From Bacteroidales bacterium (GTDB lineage Bacteria; Bacteroidota; Bacteroidia; Bacteroidales; WCHB1-69), in the NCBI GenBank assembly GCA_045639985.1, contig JAZUEE010000073.1, positions 1 to 44,269 of the forward strand: a stretch of DNA of 44,269 bases, written 5' to 3'. Positions 15,024 through 23,325 of the stretch are shown piece after piece (position 1 is the first letter of the stretch; every line of letters begins with the position of its first letter). The position numbers were made by a program, and so were the translations under genes. The notes beneath the pieces are model-generated. The model made no database searches and was not told where the DNA came from. It worked only from the letters and a program-made list of their open reading frames with translations.

Positions 15024-16665
15024 GTTTCACGTTGAAAAGCGCATCAGCACATTGAACGCCCCTTGCGTTTGTGCCGAATCTACGCAATTCTTGAATTGGG
15101 TGGAAAACCTGTTGCCGCATGACAAGTTCGTTTTGTTCAAGACAATGTTCCGTTACCCTGTTAAGACCAACGAGGTAACGGGCGTTTGTTTTGACAAGTT
15201 GAGCCGCATTTTTGATGGCCGCAACCCTGTATCAAAGTTCCAATTTGTCAATACTGACTATTCGGCAGATTGGGAAGATTACAGGCTGAACAAGTTGCGT
15301 GAACCAAGCATTTGGCAAACAACGGGATGGGATTATTTCAAAACCGAGATTAACTCCATTCTCGTTGTTGATATGGCCGAGGAACAAAGAACACTATTCC
15401 CAGAACCGTATTTCTATTGGCTGACAATTGATCGCGTGATTGCCTTTGATGCCGACCCAATGACAGGTGTTATGCATTATGTCATTTTCCGCGACAAAGA
15501 CCGCATCATTGTGATTGATGATTTCAGTTATAGGGCATGGGAAGATAAGAACAACACAGGCCGCGTTGAGGGTATGCCATTGTATGAGCATCCGCACAGC
15601 TTGGAGTTCTGCCCGGCACGTTTCTTCTGGAATGAACCAATTGATATCCACGATCCCGATGTTAAGGTTTCGCCATTGACATCGCAATTGGAATCATTGG
15701 ATTGGTTCTTGTTCTTTCATATCAGCAAACGCCATTTGGACTTGCACGGCGCATATCCTATCTATTCCGGCTACGAACAAAGCTGCGATTTCTCCAATGC
15801 CGAGAACGGCGATTACTGCGATGGCGGCTTTTTGAAGGACAAACAAGGCCATTACAAAATGGATATGGCCGGAACATTGTTGCGCTGCCCAAAATGCGGA
15901 AACAAGCGCATTGTTGGCGCGGGTTCGTTTGTGGAAATCCCGGTACCAAATACCGATGAGAACCAACCCGACTTGCGCAACCCTGTCCAGATGCTGACCG
16001 TTGACCGCGATAGTTTGGATTACAATGTTGCCGAGTGCGAGAGATTGCGCACGGACATAATAACCAGTGTTGTTGGCCAAGATGAGGTTGTAACCGCCCG
16101 CGAAGCTTTGAACGAACAACAGGTAATGGCGAACTTTGAAAGCCAATCAACAATTCTCAACAGGATAAAGAAAGGCTTTGAAAGTGCGCAAATGTGGGTT
16201 GATGATACGATATGTCGTTTGCGTTATGGCAATTATTACGTATCCGCTTACATCAACTATGGCACGGATTTCTATCTGTCAACAACAACGCAGTTGCGCG
16301 AGAGTTACAAGGCATTGAAGGAAAACGGCGCAAGCGAAACAGAGTTGGATGCCATGCAACAAAAAATCATCCAAACCGAGTACCGCAACGACCCAACGGC
16401 ACAACAACGAATTGCCATATTGTCCGAACTTGAACCGTATGCGCATTTGACCCGTGAGGAATTGAGGGAAATGCAAAAAGATGGTTTGATTGATGCCACC
16501 GAATTACGCGTTAAGTTAAATTTTTCTAACTTTGTGCGCAGATTTGAACGCGAGAACACCAACATTGTTGAGTTCGGAAACGCGATACCGCTTGACAAAA
16601 AGATTGCAATTATTAAGGCCGAGTTTGTGAAATATGCCAACGAGCAAATGACACAATCGGTTTAA
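14929..16665 (+). CDS. portal protein (578 aa), positional call
   Basis: Size and position downstream of terL and upstream of the scaffold and capsid genes. A TAG at 14923-14925 blocks upstream extension. No motif checked. Confidence 0.6.
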   Translation: MPLELNRINKVITEGRNARALTTAKLHQQRIKFHVEKRISTLNAPCVCAESTQFLNWVENLLPHDKFVLFKTMFRYPVKTNEVTGVCFDKLSRIFDGRNPVSKFQFVNTDYSADWEDYRLNKLREPSIWQTTGWDYFKTEINSILVVDMAEEQRTLFPEPYFYWLTIDRVIAFDADPMTGVMHYVIFRDKDRIIVIDDFSYRAWEDKNNTGRVEGMPLYEHPHSLEFCPARFFWNEPIDIHDPDVKVSPLTSQLESLDWFLFFHISKRHLDLHGAYPIYSGYEQSCDFSNAENGDYCDGGFLKDKQGHYKMDMAGTLLRCPKCGNKRIVGAGSFVEIPVPNTDENQPDLRNPVQMLTVDRDSLDYNVAECERLRTDIITSVVGQDEVVTAREALNEQQVMANFESQSTILNRIKKGFESAQMWVDDTICRLRYGNYYVSAYINYGTDFYLSTTTQLRESYKALKENGASETELDAMQQKIIQTEYRNDPTAQQRIAILSELEPYAHLTREELREMQKDGLIDATELRVKLNFSNFVRRFERENTNIVEFGNAIPLDKKIAIIKAEFVKYANEQMTQSV

Positions 16666-16687
16666 CCTCTAAAAACAAACGTAATAT

Positions 16688-17149
16688 ATGAGAACGAAAG
16701 ATGGCCGTGATTTGCCGGTTGCCGAGATAACCGCCGCAAATTACATCGTACCACAAGGCGAGGAAATGTCGGTACATGCAAGAATTGAGGTAAGACAATT
16801 TGACCCAAAGACAGGTGCAAAGATTTCAACCCCGCGCATCCAAAAGTTTGGCATGAAGGAGTGGGCCGGTTCGGTTAACTCTTCTTTGCGTAAACAGGGT
16901 TATACAATTGAGATTCTGCATGACCCGTGGAAATTCGCACAGGAACACGCCGCCGAGCTGAAAGCCGCACAGGAAGCCAAAGCGAAGGCCGAGAAAGAAG
17001 CCGCAGATGCCAAGAAGGCCGCAGAATTTGCCGCCATCAAGGAACAGGCAAAGGCCGAGCTGCTTGCCGAGCTGAAAGCCGCCGGTGTTATCCCAAGCGA
17101 AACCCAACAGGCCGAGAAGAAAAGCACCGGCCGCACAACAAAAGAGTAA
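16688..17149 (+). CDS. hypothetical head-module protein (153 aa) with Ala/Lys/Glu-rich helical C-terminus
   Basis: ATG ORF with the low-complexity segment AAELKAAQEAKAKAEKEAADAKKAAEFAAIKEQAKAELLAELKAAG. Confidence 0.65.
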   Translation: MRTKDGRDLPVAEITAANYIVPQGEEMSVHARIEVRQFDPKTGAKISTPRIQKFGMKEWAGSVNSSLRKQGYTIEILHDPWKFAQEHAAELKAAQEAKAKAEKEAADAKKAAEFAAIKEQAKAELLAELKAAGVIPSETQQAEKKSTGRTTKE

Positions 17150-17171
17150 TTAACCACAAAAATTTACTACC

Positions 17172-17429
17172 ATGGCAAAACAAGCACAACAGGATGATCT
17201 GGTAATTGAGATTACAGGCTCAATTGCAAGCGTAGATGCGGCAACAAAAGCAAAGTTGGCGCAGACCGTAAAAGCAAACACCGCGCTTGATGTGGTGTTG
17301 AAATCATCAACCGAAGGAACAGGCCGCATCGTTGGCTTTACCAACGCATCTGGCACAATTACCGTTACATACGTGAAGGCATCAACAGGTGCATTGGCAA
17401 CATTGACCGTTGAAGAGCCAACCGCATAA
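17172..17429 (+). CDS. hypothetical head-module protein (85 aa)
   Basis: ATG ORF between the portal and the scaffold-like gene. Confidence 0.6.
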   Translation: MAKQAQQDDLVIEITGSIASVDAATKAKLAQTVKANTALDVVLKSSTEGTGRIVGFTNASGTITVTYVKASTGALATLTVEEPTA

Positions 17430-17479
17430 GCAATCCCGATACGGGGTAATACTAATCAAAAATTCAAAGGGAAAGAATT

Positions 17480-18427
17480 ATGGCACTAACAACCGAATTG
17501 ATACAGGCAAACGCGGCAACCGCCGGTTTGACAACCGAACAAATAAACGCCATTGTTACAATGTCGCAGAACGATGAAAACGCAGTAATTGCGCAGCGCG
17601 TGGGCGAGTTGTACGGCGGCCTGGATGCTGACATCTTGGCGGCATCCGGCATCGCAAAGAACGGCACAGAAAAAACCTACGATTACGCCAAAAGGGTAAT
17701 TGGCGAAATCAAGCAACAGGCTTCATCCGTGGATGGTCTTAACAACCAAATCGCGGCTTTGACCAAAGAGAAGGCCCGTTTGGAAAAGGTAATTGCCGAT
17801 GGCGGCGCAGATGCTGAAACCAAGAAGCAATTGGAACAGGCACGAAAAGACTTGTCGGCGGTTACAAAATCATTTACCGACCTTCAAACACAATTCACAA
17901 CCGAAAAGGCTGACCACGAAAAAGCCATTTTCAACATGCAGTTGGATGGCGAGTTGGAAAAATCGGTTGGAACATTCAAGTTTAAGGCCGGATTCCCAGA
18001 AGCCGTAACATCGGTTATTTTGGCGCAAGCCAAAGCAAAGGTAAAAGGAATGACCCCGGAATACGTGGATAACGGCAATGGCGGCAAAACCCTTGTTTTC
18101 AAGGATGCAACAGGCGCAATCATGCGCAATCCGGCAAACGCCCTTAATCCATTTACCGCTTCCGAACTGCTTGAAAAAGAGTTGTCCACAATGGGCGTTC
18201 TTGAAACAGGCAAAAAAGCAGAGGGTTCGGGTTCGGGTGGTAACGGCGGCAACGGCGGCAATGGTGGCGTTCTGGACTTGTCCGGCGCACGCACACAGGT
18301 TGAAGCCGATGAAGCCATAACAAAGGCATTGTTGGCACAAGGTCTTATCATCGGTTCGGATGCATTCCAAACCGCAAAAAACAAAGCATGGATTGACAAC
18401 AACGTGAAGGCGTTGCCAATGCAATAG
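17480..18427 (+). CDS. scaffolding-like protein (315 aa)
   Basis: Mostly helical coiled-coil sequence immediately upstream of the capsid gene. Contains a GSGSGGNGGNGGNGG linker. Confidence 0.55.
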   Translation: MALTTELIQANAATAGLTTEQINAIVTMSQNDENAVIAQRVGELYGGLDADILAASGIAKNGTEKTYDYAKRVIGEIKQQASSVDGLNNQIAALTKEKARLEKVIADGGADAETKKQLEQARKDLSAVTKSFTDLQTQFTTEKADHEKAIFNMQLDGELEKSVGTFKFKAGFPEAVTSVILAQAKAKVKGMTPEYVDNGNGGKTLVFKDATGAIMRNPANALNPFTASELLEKELSTMGVLETGKKAEGSGSGGNGGNGGNGGVLDLSGARTQVEADEAITKALLAQGLIIGSDAFQTAKNKAWIDNNVKALPMQ

Positions 18428-18492
18428 AAGAAACAAACGGGTAAAGGGTTAACCCGACAAACCAAATTACTAACTTTTAATTTTTCAGTATC

Positions 18493-19614
18493 ATGTCACT
18501 TATCGCAACAAGATTGCAGAATTGGCGAGTTGAGAATCCAAACTTGGACAAGAATATGACCCGCCCGTGTGAGTATGGTGCATTGGACTTTTTCATTGAT
18601 CAGACCAATGCGGCCAATTCAATCATTTCTCCCGCATTGCGTGACCGCGCATTTGCTTCTATGGGTAACACCGTTCAAATCCCTGTCATTGACTTTGATG
18701 GCGATGTTACCGTGTCAAATGTCCGTTCATGCGTGATTGAGGACAACGAGAACACCTCAAAGCTTTACACCGTAAACTGGATTACTCTTGCCGTTGGCTT
18801 TACAATGGTACCGTCATTGTACATGAACAACGAGATTTCGTACGAACACGATTTCAATCGCAAGATGGAGAAAGTTTGCCGTGCGCTTGCAAACGCAATG
18901 GATGTACAGGCCGTTGCTGCCCTTTCTGCCAACAAAACACAGGTATTCAAAGACCTGTTGTATTACACCCAATCATCAAACGCCGTACAAGTGCCATGGG
19001 TTGCACGTATGGAGTGGATGGGCGATATGGACGCCATTATGCGTGCTAACTGCTATCCGGGCATGCTGCATGTTATCGGCAACGCCGGTATTGACTCAAC
19101 AATTGCCAAGCTTGCGCAGCATGACATCTACAACGATGTTAACAAGCGCAACGAGTATGCGGGCAAAGTGTTCCACTACACAAACAACGTAGCCAACGAG
19201 CAAGGCAAGTTCGCAACCGCCTACATCGTTGAGGATGGCAACGTTGGTGTTCTTACCCGCGTAGATCGCGAAGCTCTCCGCCGTTCAAAGGCCAATTTCC
19301 ATGAGTGGGATGTGGTTCGCCTTCCATACATTGACCTTCCTGTCGGCTCTCACTATTACACATCGGTTGGCGATAACTCCCAGATTGCCGGTGCCGCAAG
19401 CGAGGACATGGTATGTACCGTTAAGGAGTATTTCGGATTCTCCGTAGATATCGCCTTTATCGTTGCATACAACTCTGCACCAAGCACCGTTGCCAACCCA
19501 ATCATCAAGGTTGAGGTTGCCGCATCAGGTTCGCTGAACCCATTTGCAACCCCTGTTGAGGTTGTAAACGGCGAGAGCAACCCGGTAAATACCAAAGAGG
19601 TTGCGGGCGAGTAA
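18493..19614 (+). CDS. major capsid protein (373 aa), positional call
   Basis: Size and position after the scaffold-like gene, followed by the strongest terminator in the genome. Confidence 0.65.
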   Translation: MSLIATRLQNWRVENPNLDKNMTRPCEYGALDFFIDQTNAANSIISPALRDRAFASMGNTVQIPVIDFDGDVTVSNVRSCVIEDNENTSKLYTVNWITLAVGFTMVPSLYMNNEISYEHDFNRKMEKVCRALANAMDVQAVAALSANKTQVFKDLLYYTQSSNAVQVPWVARMEWMGDMDAIMRANCYPGMLHVIGNAGIDSTIAKLAQHDIYNDVNKRNEYAGKVFHYTNNVANEQGKFATAYIVEDGNVGVLTRVDREALRRSKANFHEWDVVRLPYIDLPVGSHYYTSVGDNSQIAGAASEDMVCTVKEYFGFSVDIAFIVAYNSAPSTVANPIIKVEVAASGSLNPFATPVEVVNGESNPVNTKEVAGE

Positions 19615-19645
19615 ACCGAGGGTTTAACCATTGTTGAAATCGTTT

Positions 19646-19680
19646 GGGGTGGGGTATTGCCCCGCCCCTTTCTTATTTAA
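19646..19680 (+). terminator. Rho-independent terminator
   Basis: 9-bp stem GGGGTGGGG/CCCCGCCCC followed by TTTCTTATTT. Confidence 0.85.
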
Positions 19681-19713
19681 AATTTTTGCAAATCCTTCAA
19701 AAACTTGCAAGCA

Positions 19714-21024
19714 ATGTACAGGTTAAGAGAAATACAACAAAGGCTTTTGCCATTGGTGGGTTGGGAACAATCATTCAACCCGGAAACGGCCATCAATGAA
19801 ATGTTGACACGAAGCGAAAGCGGCCTAACATTCCAAGGTGCGCATCCGTTGTGTACATTGAACAATGTTCGTTCCATCATGCCGGATGATTATTATTTGC
19901 GTTACCCAGAATGGGTATATACAAAGACATACGCAGAGGGCGCAAAGGTAAGGCACGGCAATCGTATATGGGTCGCAACCGCAGAAAGCACCGACAAAGA
20001 ACCCATTGTGGATTCCAACTATTGGCAACCATTCAATATCGTATCCGATTACGTTGAAATGCTGATGCGCAACGGCATCAATACGGCCATTCAAAGGTTC
20101 GTACAAGAAAAGCAGCTGAGCCAAGAAACAAAGACATTGTTGGAACGCCGAACATTCTTTGATGGTGCGGCCAGATTGAAAGCCACCATTGACCCAACGG
20201 CCAAGTTGGTCGGCTTTGAGGTCGTGCCGGTGCGAGGTATGGGCGTAACTGCACGCATCAACCGCATCGGCTTGCAGATGGTAGGCGGCACAGGCACCGT
20301 GCGTTTGTACCTGTTCCATTCATCACAGGTTGCACCCGTGAAAACCCTTGATTTGGAGTTTACCAACACAAATGGCGGCTTCCAATGGTTCAACCTTGAT
20401 GCCGACCCAATATATCTGCCATACATGGGAAGCGGCAATGATTCCGGTGGCGCATGGTTCTTATGCTACAATCAAAACGACTTGCCAATGGGCATGGAAG
20501 CTTTGAACGTTTCCAAAGATTGGTCACGTGAGCCGTGCGGCACATGCAACATCGGTTCGGTTGAAACATGGCGAGAGATAACCAAGTATTTGCAAGTATC
20601 TCCGTTCTGCATTCATGCGCCGGAAGATTTTGCGGATTACCCGGAAATGTTTGACATCGCCGATGTGGCATATACCAACACACGCAATTACGGCATGAAC
20701 TGCGAAATATCCGTTGAATGCGATTTGACGGATTTCATCGTTGAACAACGCCACCTGTTCGCCCCTGTTATCCAGAAACAAGTTGCGGCAGACATATTGC
20801 GTACCATGGCGATGAACCCGGATGTGCGCGTAAACCGCAACCAATCCAACGCATCACGCATGGATATCTTGTATGAATTGGATGGTAATACCAATGCGGC
20901 AAGGCCGGGCGGCTTGGGTTACGACTTGAAGCAAGCTTACAAGGCGTTATCCATAGACACACGCGGAATTGACCGCATTTGTCTTACTTGCAACAACCAT
21001 GGTGTGAAATATCGCACGGTATAG
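19714..21024 (+). CDS. hypothetical structural-module protein (436 aa)
   Basis: ATG at 19714; the track start 19705 is a TTG codon. No motif recognised. Confidence 0.65.
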   Translation: MYRLREIQQRLLPLVGWEQSFNPETAINEMLTRSESGLTFQGAHPLCTLNNVRSIMPDDYYLRYPEWVYTKTYAEGAKVRHGNRIWVATAESTDKEPIVDSNYWQPFNIVSDYVEMLMRNGINTAIQRFVQEKQLSQETKTLLERRTFFDGAARLKATIDPTAKLVGFEVVPVRGMGVTARINRIGLQMVGGTGTVRLYLFHSSQVAPVKTLDLEFTNTNGGFQWFNLDADPIYLPYMGSGNDSGGAWFLCYNQNDLPMGMEALNVSKDWSREPCGTCNIGSVETWREITKYLQVSPFCIHAPEDFADYPEMFDIADVAYTNTRNYGMNCEISVECDLTDFIVEQRHLFAPVIQKQVAADILRTMAMNPDVRVNRNQSNASRMDILYELDGNTNAARPGGLGYDLKQAYKALSIDTRGIDRICLTCNNHGVKYRTV

Positions 21025-21073
21025 CGGTTATTTATTGCTAATTTTGGCCGTGGTGCGTTTTTCTTTGCGATAT

Positions 21074-21126
21074 GGTAAATTGTACCACCGAGAAAAGAAA
21101 CGCGCCCACGGGCCGATAAAAATGCA
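21074..21126 (+). promoter_or_regulatory. Conserved module copy D (box GGTAAATTGTACC 21074-21086, spacer 7 nt shorter)
   Basis: Box plus GAGAAAAGAAACGC...ACGGGCC...AAAAAT aligns with copy A. It ends 12 nt before the ATG at 21138. Confidence 0.6.
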
Positions 21127-21137
21127 AAATCGGTAAA

Positions 21138-21596
21138 ATGGGAATTTTGGAAGACTTATTGGCCCGTGTCAAGACATTCAACGAGGGATTGACCGGCGGC
21201 AAGTACATTGCCGACATAATCAACGACAATGATTGGGAAATCATAGAAATGAATACCGTTGATCAGTTGTATGACCGAGGTATTACGGCAACGGGCATTT
21301 CCATTGCTGATTATGAGCCATATTCGGAATACACAATTGAACTGAAGGAAATGAAAGGTCAACCCACCAACCGCGTTACGTTGCGTGATGAGGGCGATTT
21401 TCACAGGTCGTTTGAGGTGGATACCGACAACGAAAAGATGATGATTGTTGCAAGTGACCGCAAGACAATAAAGCTGATACAACGATATGGCGATGACATT
21501 ATGGGTTTGACCCAAGAAAACATTGAAAAGTTTGAAGAAGAAACATTGTTGCCGCAGATTATGAAGGTGGCAAAACAAACAATATTCACGTTATGA
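21138..21596 (+). CDS. hypothetical tail/neck-module protein (152 aa)
   Basis: ATG ORF behind module D. Confidence 0.65.
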   Translation: MGILEDLLARVKTFNEGLTGGKYIADIINDNDWEIIEMNTVDQLYDRGITATGISIADYEPYSEYTIELKEMKGQPTNRVTLRDEGDFHRSFEVDTDNEKMMIVASDRKTIKLIQRYGDDIMGLTQENIEKFEEETLLPQIMKVAKQTIFTL

Positions 21597-22201
21597 CAAG
21601 AACACCGATTATTCCCAACGCCGTGATGCTTGATGCGGCCATTGGGGAAATACAAAAAGGATTGGCCGACAATCTGCCGTGGTTAGATTTTGCATTTGGC
21701 CGTGCGCAAAAGTTGGTAAAGGAGTTGCCGAACAACAAAAAAATATACACGCCGAATGTGTATTGCGGCAACATGGAAGGAAAAGGCGCAAACGATTATG
21801 TTGAGGTTTCGCCTGATGCTTGCTTGGGCAATTATTGTTTCTTTTGGGTTGATGATCCAATCAATGTGGATTGGCAACCCAACGTTCAAATGGAACAAAA
21901 AGCACCATTTTCCATTATCTTCTGGTTTGACTTGCGCAAGATATTTGGCAATCGCCAGAACAGGAACACCGAGTATTTGAAAGCGCAGATATTGGATGTT
22001 CTCAATGGCCGTGCCGGTTGGCTCATGGGTAACGGTTCAACCTCAATCAACAAGGTATACGAACAGGCGCAAAGCATATATCGTGGTTTCTCGTTGGATG
22101 AGTGCGACAACCAATTTTTGATGCACCCCTTTGCGGGTTTCCGCTTTGAGGGTGTTATTACATACGAAACGCCGTGCGTGCTGCCGGACATAAACCGATA
22201 G
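21593..22201 (+). CDS. hypothetical tail-module protein (202 aa)
   Basis: ATGA overlap with the upstream gene. Confidence 0.65.
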   Translation: MTRTPIIPNAVMLDAAIGEIQKGLADNLPWLDFAFGRAQKLVKELPNNKKIYTPNVYCGNMEGKGANDYVEVSPDACLGNYCFFWVDDPINVDWQPNVQMEQKAPFSIIFWFDLRKIFGNRQNRNTEYLKAQILDVLNGRAGWLMGNGSTSINKVYEQAQSIYRGFSLDECDNQFLMHPFAGFRFEGVITYETPCVLPDINR

Positions 22202-22204
22202 GCC

Positions 22205-22480
22205 ATGGGAATCGTTGAATTTGCATGTTGGTGCATCGTGGTTGGCTTGTTGGCCGCGTGGATGCTCACATTGGCTGATAAATGGGGGTGGTGTGAATGG
22301 TTGCAAGTTCACGCCCCTTGTGATTTTTTGTACAAACTCTTTATGTGCAATTTTTGTTGTTCTTACTGGTTAGGGTGTATTATTTCGCTAACTTTGTTCG
22401 TGATAATCGGCCGATGGGAAATGCTGATTGTTCCAATGATTTCAACAATGATTACACGCAAGTATTATGAAAACCGTTAA
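22205..22480 (+). CDS. hypothetical Cys/Trp-rich membrane protein (91 aa)
   Basis: Two or three hydrophobic segments. The CNFCCSYW motif resembles the CxxCxxxW of DUF1360-type membrane proteins (from memory, unverified). Confidence 0.5.
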   Translation: MGIVEFACWCIVVGLLAAWMLTLADKWGWCEWLQVHAPCDFLYKLFMCNFCCSYWLGCIISLTLFVIIGRWEMLIVPMISTMITRKYYENR

Positions 22481-23252
22481 GATTGGAAAACACGATGTGG
22501 TGTTGTACGATTCAATAGAAGAATTGCCAATTGCCAGATTCCACAAATACCAAAAGTTCCTGTTGGTTGATTCCGGGATCGGGGCAACCATGGAAGATTT
22601 TGACAAGCACATTGAAAAGGCACGCCGATTCTGCATGCTGAATGACACGGCCAACGCACAAAAGGAGTTGGACAATTTGCGCCAATGTGTGTTCATGATC
22701 CAAAATGGCATATCTCCCAAACATTTGGCCTTTGCCTGTCTGGTATTTGCAATTGACAACACCCAATGCGTTGATATTTCGGATGATGGTTTGGCAAAGG
22801 TTGTTGCAACATTTGCAGATGCACCAAATCAAGAATTGACCGACCGCATGGATTCGGTCAAAAAAAAAATAGATGCTGAAATAACATTGTACTTTCCCAA
22901 TCTCAACGAGGATTCGGATGTTAAAGATTATTACGAAAAGGTGCGCAAGCGCACGTTGTTGGTCTTGCAAAACATCATGGCCGGGGAATCACGCCCGGAT
23001 GAAACAAGCGATGTTGACCGATTGACAACGGAGTTAATTTGCTACATGCACCCACAGGTATTTAACGGCTCTGCATCGGTGGAAATACAATTTGACCGCC
23101 AATTTGAAAACCTTTGCTTGACCTTGGCTGGGCAATTGAACGTAAATCCCAAGGATTATACGGTCTTGGAGTTTTACAATGCGTTTGAATACTTGAAAGA
23201 AAAGGCCAAATCCAACGCACGGGCGCAAAAGCAAGGCCGTACAGGCCGTTAA
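22467..23252 (+). CDS. hypothetical protein in tail-assembly-chaperone position (261 aa)
   Basis: Immediately upstream of the tape measure gene. Contains an internal A10 tract. Confidence 0.55.
   Translation: MKTVKIGKHDVVLYDSIEELPIARFHKYQKFLLVDSGIGATMEDFDKHIEKARRFCMLNDTANAQKELDNLRQCVFMIQNGISPKHLAFACLVFAIDNTQCVDISDDGLAKVVATFADAPNQELTDRMDSVKKKIDAEITLYFPNLNEDSDVKDYYEKVRKRTLLVLQNIMAGESRPDETSDVDRLTTELICYMHPQVFNGSASVEIQFDRQFENLCLTLAGQLNVNPKDYTVLEFYNAFEYLKEKAKSNARAQKQGRTGR
22860..22869 (+). repeat. A10 homopolymer inside 22467..23252
   Basis: Read directly as gtc aaa aaa aaa ata. A9 gives an immediate TAG; A11 reaches TGA within 6 codons. Confidence 0.9.
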
Positions 23253-23262
23253 ACATCGCAGA

Positions 23263-23322
23263 CGTACAATTTACCCTTTTTGAAATAAAACGCCGTTATA
23301 CGGCAAATTTTAAGAAAATAAC
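23263..23322 (+). promoter_or_regulatory. 60-nt conserved module copy E (box CGTACAATTTACC, inverse orientation of the copy D box), ending 3 nt before the tape measure ATG
   Basis: Same 39-nt spacing to AAAATAAC. GAAATAAAACGCC and GCCGTTATAC are shared with copies A and C. Confidence 0.7.
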
Positions 23323-23325
23323 ACC

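Noticed and set aside
18223-18265. GGTTCGGGTTCGGGTGGTAACGGCGGCAACGGCGGCAATGGTGGC tandem repeat
   Set aside because: It simply encodes the GSGSGGNGGNGGNGG flexible linker of the scaffold-like protein. There is no evidence of a separate function.
22467-23325. Canonical -1 slippery heptamer (XXXYYYZ) with a downstream extension for G/GT-type chaperone frameshifting
   Set aside because: I could not find, by eye, a heptamer followed by an open alternative frame reaching the tape measure gene. Only the A10 tract stands out, and it is reported separately as a hypothesis.
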